Source of the DNA: Mizuhopecten yessoensis
Lineage: Eukaryota
Length of the DNA stretch: 64,000 nucleotides
Assembly (NCBI RefSeq): GCF_002113885.1
Contig: NW_018406762.1
Span: 1,142,834-1,206,833, forward strand
Reading direction: 5' to 3'
Below the pieces are notes generated by a model, which was not told where the DNA came from, did no database searches, and was given only the letters and a program-made list of their open reading frames with translations. The translations under genes and the position numbers were made by a program. The stretch's first letter is position 1, and each line of letters opens with the position of its first letter. This document shows, in pieces, positions 13,101 through 23,531 of the stretch.

Positions 13101-16100
13101 AGGGTCATGACAGTAGAATCTGTTGAGCATTTAGGCACTGAGAGGGTCATGACAGTAGAATCTGTTGAGCATTTAGGCACTGAGAGGGTCATGACAGTAG
13201 AATCTGTTGTAGCCCACCTATAATTATACAGTTTATATAGTGCGTTATCCACTGTGCCACCCCCGACCACACTAATAGGGCTACTCCAGTCACACCATCC
13301 TAAAATGGCTCACGTTAAGAGATAATGATTAATTTAGATGGGAACATCCGTCCTTGTACTAGGTGCTAGACTATCTTTTTGTTTAGCTTTAAAATATGAA
13401 CCTTAATTTGTTCTTTTTTCTCTCCATACAGAATACAAAAAACGATGCGACTTCAACATTTGAGGAGTTATATTCTTGGGCAGATGTACATGTGTTACCC
13501 AGCATTAGCCAGCTGGACAAACGGGCAGACATGACGTCCAGGAAACGTACATTGTTTACCTTGACGGATATAACTATCCTTCCCAGCCCTGATACGCAGG
13601 ACAAACAGACAGACTTGTCCAGGAAGCGAACATCACAACAGGCTGGACAGAATTCCGGAACATTGGCAACATCCATTGTCGAGATGATTCTGGCTGCCTG
13701 GGGTGACCTCCTCCTCATAGGCATAGGAGATACAAGCTTTGCTGTCCTGTTGGCCGACTTCTGTGTTAGTTGTCTACAGAGAGGTAACGTAGACTTCCCC
13801 AACCGCCAATAGTTGCTTATAAGTCAATTTTTTGTAATTATTTCTTTGTCTGTAATGATCGTTTTACTTTTGTTAAGATATGTTTTATGTATAAATTATA
13901 TAGTGGCATGTTTTACTTCAGTTCCAAACTTTGGAGTCTTGACATTACAAAAAGTATGGTAACATTGTACATCCATTTTTTATGCCATCAAAATTCATTT
14001 ATAAGGTCTTGACTTGCAAAATGCTCCCAACAAGTTACTAACTTGATCGGTGTAACCAATACCTTACCTGTTTGCACAGTCCTGTCAACGAAAGGAAAAC
14101 TAGAGTGGTTTAACATAAGAATATATATTTCCCTGGAGGTTTCGTGTCATATTCTTTGTTAACTTTTGTACGAGATGCAATAACGAAGAACTAAATTTTC
14201 TGTTTTACAGACGAGTGTCTGTCCACCTTGTCCGCTGTCATGAACTGTTTGTGTAGTGTCACAGCTCATATCCTACTGCAAGGCAAGAGGTCTGATGGTG
14301 ACAGCATCGCAGCCTACCTCGGTAAAGTGTTCATAGCCATAGCGACCGCCCTGCTGAAGGACAAAGATCAGGTCTCTAAGGTCTGTGGTTGTTTCTCTTC
14401 CTTGCTTATATTGGTTTCCAACACGTAGGGCCTGTTCATTTATGCAGAACACCGGTACTTCCGTTTTTTAAAGGTAGCATTTTTGGTTATAAATCCTGGG
14501 GGACCTGCAAAAGTTGATGCAGGCCTTGCGAGGCTTTGTCAAGACTCGCCTGAAAGCAGCATCAGATTACTGGGTCCAACCTTATTTCATAAATTAACGA
14601 CTCTGGTCCAACCAATTCAACCATTTGGATCGCGATAAACGAAAACGACCTACATCTCCAAATGGTTTATTATTTTGATCAAGGTTGGTATGAAATGAGG
14701 TTCATTTAATGTTAGTGAAGGAGGAGGGTTACCTGTTTATTCACAAAATGTCACACATATTTTTCATTATTTTAGGAAAATATATTTCAGACATGAGCAT
14801 TCGTTCAATCGCAGCATACTTTCTTCTGAAGTTCAATGCACCAAGAAAATGTCCTCAATACATAAAACACATACAATACAATAGACCATGTGTGTGCTTG
14901 TATTATTAAACCTCTCCCATCAATGTACCGGTAACATTTGTGGAATGAGGGTACCCACATTTAATTTTGTATGTATTTGAAGATTTGCTGACGAATGAAT
15001 AAAAACAACTATTTAACCTCTATATCTACTTAAACATGTTAAACTCTTGGTCAGAATGTTCCGATGAACTTACTGCGAAGGTGACTTGAAATAGTGTTTT
15101 AATCTGTTAAATGTTTAATCTGTTTAATGTAATGTTTAATCTGTTAAATGTTTAATCTGTTAATCTGTTAAATGTTTAATCTGTTAAATGTAATGTTTAA
15201 TCTGTTAAATGTTTAATCTGTTAAATGCTGATTTCATGTGTTGGCAAGCGAGGTTGATAGATTGGTGGATTTGATGGATTGAAATTATCATCTGGCAAAT
15301 CATAAAACATGAAAAAAGCAAAAATACAAAAAATAAAAATCTTGATCAAACCCTATTTGATCATGTATTCGTATCGGTGATTGATAGAAATTGTTACATA
15401 GTGCATAGATGAATGAAGAGTCTGCAATGAATTTCGATAACATCAGAGTTGTCGTTTTAAATTTAAATCTATTCTCCTATTCGGTTTGACAGTTATTACC
15501 AGGGGTGCGGAATCATTTGATGGAAATCTTCACACTTGTTTACGGAAGTCCGTTGATGGATGAAACTACACTACAGGAAATCATGGCCACAGTTATTGGG
15601 GCCTTGTTGGGGGAACTGGTCCACACAAGTCAGCAGGTAAATATTGGGGCCTTGTTGGGGGAACTGGTCCACACAAGTCAGCAGGTAAATATTGGGGCCT
15701 TGTTGGGGGAACTGGTCCACACAAGTCAGCAGGTAGATATTGGGGCCTTGTTGGGGGAACTTGTCTGCACAAGTCAGCAGGTAAAAATTGGGGGGCCCTA
15801 AAGGGAAATGATCCACACAAGTCTGCAGTTTTATCTGAAATCTTGTACAGTTTCTGTACTGTAGAGCAATATGTGTATACAGGAATATCATGACACTCCT
15901 AAAATAAATATGATTTATTCTTGATAATTTTATGGAAAAATAACATCAATATATTTTAATCTACAGCAAAAAACCATATTTATCAAAAGTTAAAGTCAAT
16001 GTAAATAATGTGTTCTGTCATGAGAATCTATCATACTATACCATACTTAACTGCCACTTCAATTTCAGTTTGATTTGGAAGAAATCAGTGGTGATCTTAC

Positions 16101-19100
16101 ACAGTTACCTCCCTTGTCTCGCTGGCTGTGTGATTCAGTATGCAGGAAAAACTACATAGCAAAGTATGTACTAGATTTGACTGTCATTGTCAAGGTCTGA
16201 TGTTTACAACCTGACCCCGTAGTTTGTTTATAAAACATTTGGGCTTCATCAGTGAAGTTGAGTCAGCTTTGACATACTAATATTCCTTGTTTAATTCTCA
16301 CCAAAGCCATTACTTTGTTAGTGAAATTAAATTATTTACAGAAAATAAAAATATTTTAGTGTCTATATTAAAAATAATACATAGACATGAATGATGATAA
16401 TATTCTGTAAATTTGTAACAGTTCTGATGGAGTTAGTGAGGACTCTTGGTACTACGGGGAATAAAAAACAGACAGAGGTGTCAGACTTTTCCCTTCTTTT
16501 GAAAATATTAACTTTTGAGGATCACTGTGTTGTGTTTACAGGCACTTCATTGGGGAGTTAGGCAAGTGTTTGGAGTCGGGGGCTGTGGATGACCTACACA
16601 CCCTTCACGGTGCCATCCACATGTTGGGGTCCATTGCCAAATGTAAGTGTATGGATTATGCCTTGGCTGCACACACGGATAGGATTTTTGTTAGACATTG
16701 TTGGTTTAGTCTAGATAGTAAAAAAAAAAAAAAATATCTTGAGTGGTTTTATAAAGTTCCAGTGAAATCATGTATTAGTGGACAGTTTTGTTCCACCTAT
16801 TATGCAAATCCTTAAATATCGTATTTTAGAAAGACAGTGTAGATATTAATGATAATTTTAGATATAATTTTTCTATACTTTCCTCGACTGCAATGATATT
16901 TTTCTGTTTATTGAAATAAATAATTTTAGGGAAGAGGGGATGATATTCAATACTTGTGACAACATAGCTCAAGTCCTAAAAGGGGAGACACAAATATCTA
17001 GTGTACCTAAATAAATTACTGAGCTAAACCGAAATGAAATGCTGTCAAAAATAACAGTTTTGATGTTTCTTCTCGTCAGGCAATTGATGAGAACCTTTCA
17101 GTGCTTCATTTGTGAATTTCCGAAAATATGTTTTTAAGATAAACCCAAGATACCGGGAATGAAGGAGTGTTGGATCGCAGTCCAGAGTCAGGCTGATAAA
17201 ATCAAAAGTGAACAACACACGCAGGAGGAGGAGGAGGAGGATGTGAGAGACAAGTAAGTACATGTATCAGTTATTACAGATATTGTGAAATATTTGTGTA
17301 TTTGTTTGGAAAGGGGAAGGAAGACGGGGGGTGAGGGAGAGATAGCTCAGAATTGCAGCAACATTAGTTAGAGTGAAAAGTTATATACATGCCTCCATCG
17401 TTAGGGCATAGGTGACTTAGGGCATAGGTGACTTAGGGCATAAGTGACTTAGGGCATAGGTGACTTAGGGGTTAGGTGACTTAGGGCATAGGAGACTTAG
17501 AGCATAGGTGACTTAGGGCTTAGGCGACTTAGGGCATAGGTGACTTAGGGGTTAGGTGACTTAGGGCATAGGTGACTTTGGAATTAGGTGACTTAGGGCA
17601 TAGGTGACTCAGGGGTTAGGGGACTCAGGGCATAGGAGACTTAGAGCATAGGTGACTTAGGGCATAGGTGAATTAGGGCTTAGGTGACTAAGGACATAGG
17701 TGACTAAGGGCTTAGGTGCCTTAGGGCATAGGTGACTTAGGGCAAAAGTGACTTAGGGCATAGGTGACTTTGGGATTAGGTGACTTAGGGCGTAGGTGAC
17801 TTAGGGCATAGGTGACTTTGGGCTTAGGGGACTTAGGGCATAGGTGCCTTAGGGCTTAGGTGACTAAGGGCTTAGATGACTTAGGGCATAGGAGACTTGG
17901 GACATAGGTGACTTAGGGCATAGGTGACCACGGGCTTGGGTAACTTAGGGCATAGGTGACTTAGGGCGTAGGTGACTTAGGGCATAGGTGACTCTGGGGA
18001 TCGGTGACTCAGGGCATAGGTGACTTAGAGCATAGGTGACTTAGGGATTAGGTGACTTAGGGCATAGGTGACTTTAGGCTTAGGTGACTTAGGGCATAGT
18101 TGACTTAGGGCTTAGGTGACTTAGGGCATAGGTCACTTAGGGCATAGGTGACTAAGGGCTTGGGTAACTTAGGGCATAGGTGACTTAGGGCCTAGGTGAC
18201 TTAGGGCATAAGTGACTTAGGGCATAGGTGACTTTGGGCTTAGGTGACTTAGGGCATAGGTTACTTAGGGCTTAGGTGACTTAGGGCTTAGGTGACGTAG
18301 GGCATAGGTGACTTAGGGCATAGGTTACTTAGGGCTTAGGTGACTTAGGGCTTAGGTGACGTAGGGCATAGGTGACTTAGGGCATAGGTTACTTAGGGCT
18401 TAGGTGACTTAGGGCTTAGGTGACGTAGGGCATAGGTGACTTAGGGCATAGGGGACTTTGGGATTAGGTGACTTAGGGAATAGGTGACTTAGGGCAAAAG
18501 TGACTTAGGGCATAGGTGACTTCGGGATTAGGTGACTTAGGGCATAGGGGACTTAGGGCTTAGGTGACTTTGGGCATAGGTGACTTAGGGCATAGGGGAC
18601 TTAGGGCTTAGGTGACTTTGGGCATAGGTGACTTAGGGCATAGGTTACTTAGGGCTTAGGTGACTTAGGGCATAAGCGACTTAGGGCATAGGTGACTTTG
18701 GGCTTAGGTGACTTAGGGCATAGGTGACTCAGGGGTTAGGTGACTCAGGGCATAGGTGACTTAGAGCATAGGTGACTTAGGGCTTAGGTGACTTAGGGCA
18801 TAGGTGACTTAGGGCATAGGTGACTTAGGGCATAGTTGACTTAGGGCTTAGGTGACTTAGGGCTTAGATGACTTAGGGCATAGGTGACTTGGGACATAGG
18901 TGACTTAGGGCATAGGTGAATTAGGGCTTAGGTGACTAAGGACATAGGTGACTAAGGGCTTAGGTGACTTAATATGTTACAATGTTGACAATGTAAGCCC
19001 CCTATAGTAAGTGAACATACCCAATATATTAACCAGGTGTTCATTACAATGACAATCTTTAACATCTTTTATGGACGAAAGCGATCGATGAAGCAGTTTC

Positions 19101-19586
19101 ACTAAACGTGCTGTTTTCATTAATTACACCACAGAAAGAAGTGATCAAAAATCAAAAAACTATTGTGTCGTCATTTCTTATGTTTTTAGGAAAAATAAAA
19201 ATATGTTTCATGCTAGAATGTGTCATGAAAATGGTGTGAACCTGTCAAATATTGCAATGTTTCTTTTCCCCATCAACATGTTGGTGTTTGGGGTAAAGAG
19301 CTGTATATGTGTGGGGTGTAGGATGATGGCTTAGGGAATGTAGAACTCACCCAAAATTAGTTTAAACAAAGATTCAGTCTAGCTTCAGTTTGAACATTTT
19401 CTATTTCACGAAAAAAGAAATAAAGAAACCATCAGAAAGTTACATTTCTCATTACTAACTCTGATAATAGTTATAAAATCAATACAGTTGTTCTCATGTG
19501 TTGTACATTTGTTTTCCAGAGAATTATTGCAGTCTCTGACAACAAAACTACAAGAATGTCAGCAGGCGCTGGGACTGGCATCCTAA
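1118..19586 (+). CDS. NCAPG2: Condensin II complex subunit G2 (HEAT-repeat protein), 5'-partial. 20 exons: 1118-1195, 1672-1764, 2007-2132, 2634-2813, 3598-3750, 4672-4894, 5648-5781, 6621-6749, 7644-7721, 8390-8460, 8876-9050, 11070-11240, 11849-11956, 13432-13783, 14211-14380, 15493-15636, 16069-16163, 16542-16642, 17139-17253, 19520-19586 (stop TAA 19584-19586)
   Basis: All exons are AG/GT flanked, phases are consistent, and they join to 2763 nt (920 aa + stop). Peptides recall vertebrate CAP-G2 in colinear order: LLGYFHKQRK..LLRLYGPLLWRSLK, VRENAAMLLLDSFP, LLEDTYPSIR, DASSADVR, HDVSEKVRVA, YWDIVPMEHILARLEIDSHPVARR, MAGLVEAVVILW, YLDALCKW, FGLYCKL. C-terminal exon boundaries (e.g. donor 14371 vs 14380) are less certain. 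Confidence 0.93.
2180..2271. other. Assembly gap (N run) flanked by poly-G
   Basis: N run inside NCAPG2 intron 2133-2633. Confidence 0.99.
3454..3544 (+). mobile_element. ~90-bp TTAA-flanked MITE, copy 1 of 3
   Basis: TTAA-(T/C)CCTTTCACC ... GGTGAAAGGG-(A/T)TAA. Near-identical to 50131-50221 and, inverted, to 42847-42937. Confidence 0.8.
5157..5662 (+). repeat. ~33-bp tandem repeat (~15 copies) containing the 3' splice site and first ~15 nt of NCAPG2 exon 5648-5781
   Basis: Unit ACAG|CCACGTATATGATATATAAACATATATTT. The last copy runs directly into the coding exon. Confidence 0.95.
6774..7265. mobile_element. TA-flanked MITE (TACTGTATA...TATACAGTA) with a nested TIR element at 6887-7209
   Basis: Outer inverted ends with TTTCGCCC/GGGCGAAA-like subterminal motifs. 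Inner element bounded by GTAATGAT...ATCATTAC and carrying two TGACGTCA sites. Confidence 0.55.
8609..8892 (+). repeat. Degenerate ~30-bp tandem repeat containing the acceptor of NCAPG2 exon 8876-9050
   Basis: Recurrent TCTGTTACAG|CCGTATATGTCTGTCCATCA at 8671, 8701, 8731 and further copies. The real junction is TGTTACAG|CCGTATGTGTCTATCCA. Confidence 0.8.
9122..10397 (+). repeat. 41-bp minisatellite, ~31 copies, intronic
   Basis: Unit ATGTAAAGATACGTCATCATGACAAGTGTCAGAGGGACTAT; period 41 (e.g. 9251 to 9292). Confidence 0.97.
11515..11810 (+). repeat. Degenerate ~31-bp tandem repeat, ~9 copies
   Basis: Unit GTCGCTAAGGGAGGTAATTGTTATAAAC(T). Confidence 0.85.
11907..12258 (+). repeat. 70-bp tandem repeat x5 spanning the 3' 50 nt and donor of NCAPG2 exon 11849-11956
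   Basis: Unit CTGCCAGCTTTGGTCTCTACTGTAAACTCGCGGGCATTCTCCATCAGTCA|GTAAGTCTGTACTCCACACA. Confidence 0.95.
12373..12500 (+). repeat. ~41-bp tandem repeat x3
   Basis: GTCTGAGAGGATTTGACTTAACAATGCTGATCAGTGTCTTT repeated. Confidence 0.9.
12749..13209 (+). repeat. Near-perfect 42-bp minisatellite x11, intronic
   Basis: Unit GCATTTAGGCACTGAGAGGGTCATGACAGTAGAATCTGTTGA; explains the repetitive ORFs on both strands. Confidence 0.97.
15098..15227 (+). repeat. ~16-bp AT-rich tandem repeat
   Basis: TTAATCTGTTAAATGT repeated ~8 times. Confidence 0.9.
15594..15798 (+). repeat. 48-bp in-frame tandem repeat x4 spanning the 3' end and donor of NCAPG2 exon 15493-15636
   Basis: ATTGGGGCCTTGTTGGGGGAACTGGTCCACACAAGTCAGCAG|GTAAAT; GT at 15637, 15685, 15733, 15781. 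Confidence 0.95.
17401..18971 (+). repeat. 16-bp TTAGGG-containing minisatellite, ~98 copies, in last NCAPG2 intron
   Basis: Unit TTAGGGC(A/T)TAGGTGAC. Confidence 0.97.
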
Positions 19587-20045
19587 ACCAAACCTACAGA
19601 CAGTCTACAAATGCCAGGCCTGGCAACGTAACAGATATACAGGCAAGAAACGCTGCTACCAACAAAACAAAACTACAAGAATGTCAGCAGGCGCTGGGAC
19701 TGGCATCTTAAACAAAACCTATTGACAGTCTACAAATGCCAGGCCTGGCAACGTAACAGATATACAGGCAAGAAACGCTGCTACCAACTAAACAAAACTA
19801 CAAGAATGTCGGCAGGCGCTGGGACTGGCATCTTAAACCAAACCTATTGACAGTCTACAAATGCCAGGCCTGGCAACGTAACAGATATACAGGCAAGAAA
19901 CGCTGCTACCAACAAAACAAAACTACAAGAATGTCGGCAGGCGCTGGGACTGGCATCTTAAACCAAACCTACAGACAGTCTACAAATGCCAGGCCTGGCA
20001 ACGTAACAGATATACAGGCAAGAAACGCAGCGACCAACAATAACT
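19541..20045 (+). repeat. 125-bp tandem repeat x4 spanning the last codons, stop codon and proximal 3' UTR of NCAPG2
   Basis: Copies start at 19541, 19666, 19791, 19916 (AACAAAACTACAAGAATGTC...). Confidence 0.95.
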
Positions 20046-20279
20046 AAAGCATACTTCAGTCAGCAAATGCTGGGATTTGCATCGAAGACAACACTTTCAC
20101 TTCACTGAGACAAGAATTACAGATGTGTCAAAATGTTAGGTGAATACAGTGAACCACATGGTCAACAATTTAACCGTGATTTATTATGAGCATGTGTAGT
20201 TAAGTAAAATTTATAATAACTTTAAGGTAGTTTCTATATCATATTCAAGAATGATTGCAGACAGAAGCACTGCAAAATT

Positions 20280-20368
20280 AATAAAATTTTGGCCATTTCT
20301 GGTTGACAAAGTAATGTCAGCGTACACACGTTTTTGTGCAATAGACACCTAAGATTTTATACAATAAA
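20280..20368 (+). promoter_or_regulatory. Candidate NCAPG2 polyadenylation signals
   Basis: First AATAAA hexamers after the stop codon, at 20280-20285 and 20363-20368; the former is followed by GT/T-rich sequence. Confidence 0.3.
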
Positions 20369-22315
20369 TCCTTACATATGTATTTCCTTTTCTTTTTAAT
20401 TCTGATTTTTTCACCTCAGGACAAGAGGATAGAAACGCTGGAATTAAAAAAAAAAACATTACTTCACGATCAATGTAACTGAGGGGATAAAACTGGTGGG
20501 CTCTGCCTGTCTATGAGCAACTGTTTTAGGAGCATATATCATAAACTGTTAACTTTAATGTTCCAATTTCTCGCGAGTCAATCAGATAGTAGACGACTTT
20601 CTTTGGTATTTTTACACTTGCAACATGGTGGAAGGTCTTTATGGCTACCTCTCTGTGTTGATCTGTCCATTTCCTTCTGCGAGACATCTTCAATAGACTT
20701 GATGTTTGGCCCTAATGCTCCTACACATTCATCAAAATTAATAACCTGGAGTACCACACAGTAAATCAATGTAGGTCTCTGACATTTATATTTAACCAAC
20801 TTTAAGTTTGGGTGGTTAGCCCATTACTCCAGTATTGATCAAACTCAATATATTTAGACCATGGTCTGTGTGTATACAAATACTTAAATCAACACCCAAC
20901 AAAAGGGTTGACTTAACGACTATAGATCAACAAGAGAAGGCTCCAAATACAGTTTGCAAGTTTAAACAGATTTGGAAAAATTCTTCAACCTTGTGACAGC
21001 CTCTGTAAATATGTGCAGTCAATAAAATTGGTTGAATTATTGATATTCTGTAACTAAAATTTCCTGTTGCAACCACACAATAACTTAATTGAAAGAAAAC
21101 AAACACAGAAATATTCTTTTTATCTTTTTTATTTATTTATTTTTTCTTCTTTTTCTTCTTCTTCACCTGTATCAACTTCAACAAAGTTTGGTAACAATTT
21201 TAATCCTACAGCTTGCCCTCTGGTTCAGAAAGATTTTCACAAGTGTACAGCTATCAATTTTTTCCGAAAATTTATAAAAGCAGAGAACATTGACGAGTAT
21301 TAAATTGTCTTCGCTCAAATCTATTTCACGATTTGAATACATTCTATACATTCCAAATTCTCGTACTCCTATTTTTTCACATCACAAAAACTTTTAATAA
21401 ATTGCCATATTGACCTTAAATGTACATAAAATTCTGAGCACACTCACTTTCTCCATAATTTTTACAGCCGATACTTAATTTATTTTGCATGAAGCCATAC
21501 GTCTACTGTCACAACACTTTATCGTTTTGTCCATCGTCTAAACATAAAAAACATGTCTACACATTCATATTTATCTATATTCAATGTCACCCATTAATTT
21601 TAAAGTTTACTTACAAAACAAATCTTACAATTTCCCATTTAATTTTGCTAACATGATATTGTAAAAAGTTTATGAACAGCAAGTGTAAAAATAATGTTTG
21701 AAAAAATGGTGGCATATCGTGGAAAATAAGGCATGGCAAATGTAAACAACTGTTTATGTACAACACTCAATAACCAGGTTTCTGTACAAAGTAAATGCAA
21801 TTGACTAGTTCCCATGATAAATGATGATATTTTTGTGTACATGTACATGTTGATTGTTTTTGGTGATGAAAATGTCCGCATACTCTCCATGTGTAGAAAG
21901 AAACCTGGTTATATGTTAATGTCAAAATTCTCAGTCCTCGCAAGCTTATTGTAAATTATTCTCATCATTATTATCCAACCCTCCCCATATGAACTCCTTC
22001 CCATTCCCCCCTCCCATTCTATATCAAACAAATCCCCAATTTAATATTTCCAAGTCAATAAAATAATCTGATTTTTTTTTTAATATTCTACATCGAACTG
22101 AAATTTTCGGGGTAATTTCTACATCAAGATTTCTTGATCTTAAGTTTAAAAGGCTAAATATCATTTTCCCACCCAGTACAAAATAAACGTTAATGAAAGG
22201 TCCATCTTAGTCCTTACAAGTCTTCGTCCTCTCTCACACATTCACACCCAAGACGTTTGTTCATGCAATAAACAATGTCAGTCATTTTATCTAGGATAAC
22301 TTAAAGAATTTGGAT

Positions 22316-22456
22316 ACTGTAAAACCTTGTTATAACGCGATTGTTTGTCCAGAATTTTGTTCTTAATCGAGGTCGGTACTAAAATGATGGATATGTACCA
22401 AGAAATTATAAAGAAAGGAATATTGAAATATGCAATCTATATTAAAAAGGTGGCAT
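22316..22456. mobile_element. Short TA-flanked MITE (Tc1/pogo-like ends)
   Basis: TACTGTAAAACCTTGTTATAA ... TTATATCAAGGTTTCACTGTA inverted ends. Confidence 0.6.
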
Positions 22457-23531
22457 TATATCAAGGTTTCACTGTACAAGATTTCATGGATTCAATCTAA
22501 ATTCAAAAAAAAAATCATACCACAGAATTCACCAATAAAACAGATTTCCTGACTGACATTGATTACTACTTTAAAACATCTGCATAGATAAGAAAAAAAT
22601 AACAGTAAGTTGTGCCATTTATCTCGACAAAAATACACTTCAGTTGGGTACCGCTAATAATATTAGCACTATTACTGCGTTGTTTGATAACATTCCTTAA
22701 AAAACTTTAAGACATTTTCTTAACGTTATGATTTCTTGTAAAATTTACAACTAATATACACAACCCATACCTTTCCAAATATATTTAGATAATTAAATCA
22801 GACAAAAAATATCTGGGCACTGAACCATTTAAATACCTAACAATTAAAAATACCCTTTCAATAAAATTTCATTAAAAAATAAATTATTGCAACTTGATAG
22901 CTTTGTCTTTATGAACGAATGTTTTTTTACCGAAATGAAATGACTATGTAGTTTTTAACTTAAAATGGAAAATAAATAAATGGAAACAAAATTAACAAGT
23001 TTGCCCTCGCCATGGTTTAAACATATGGACATGGGAGGGCAGTGCTACACCTCTGTGAGCACACGTATAATATATATCATAGACTTGCTCGTAAGACGCA
23101 TAACCCCGGACATCTGATGATAATTAAAAAACACTTGCTCCTGAGGTTAATCAAAATCAAAAACAGTTTTCACTGTTTATGACGCATAATACAAAATATT
23201 TTCAATAAAAACATAATAAAAATGAATTGATAAGATGACATTCAAATCGACAAACAAAAACATATATATGCTGTCAGATTTGTGATCCATTTTTTTTGTA
23301 TTTTATATTTTAATATTTTTTTGTACATTTTACTGTACAAATTTATTGTTAATAATATAGAATACATATCATAATTGTGACAATGAGAGTATGCAAATCA
23401 TGTATACAAAAAGCCTAAGTAAAACAAATCTTAACATACAAAGAAAGTTCTCATTGTCACGATGACTGGGAGATTACTAAATGCCAGTCTTTTCAGTAAA
23501 TTGTCAGTTCCTTTACAGCCGCAAAGGAAAT

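Noticed and set aside
12740-13270. Repetitive ORFs on both strands (158 and 176 aa)
   Set aside because: Consequence of a stop-free 42-bp unit. The flanking NCAPG2 exons join in phase without it.
17080-17138. Stronger-looking acceptor at AG 17078-17079
   Set aside because: Gives TGC AAT TGA (immediate stop) in the required phase. AG 17137-17138 keeps the frame.
17401-18971. True telomere or chromosome-fusion scar
   Set aside because: No contiguous (TTAGGG)n and no head-to-head inversion; the NCAPG2 gene continues across it.
20578-20799. Minus-strand ORF with an acceptor-like site between the convergent genes
   Set aside because: No recognisable homology, no partner exons, and it lies between two 3' ends.
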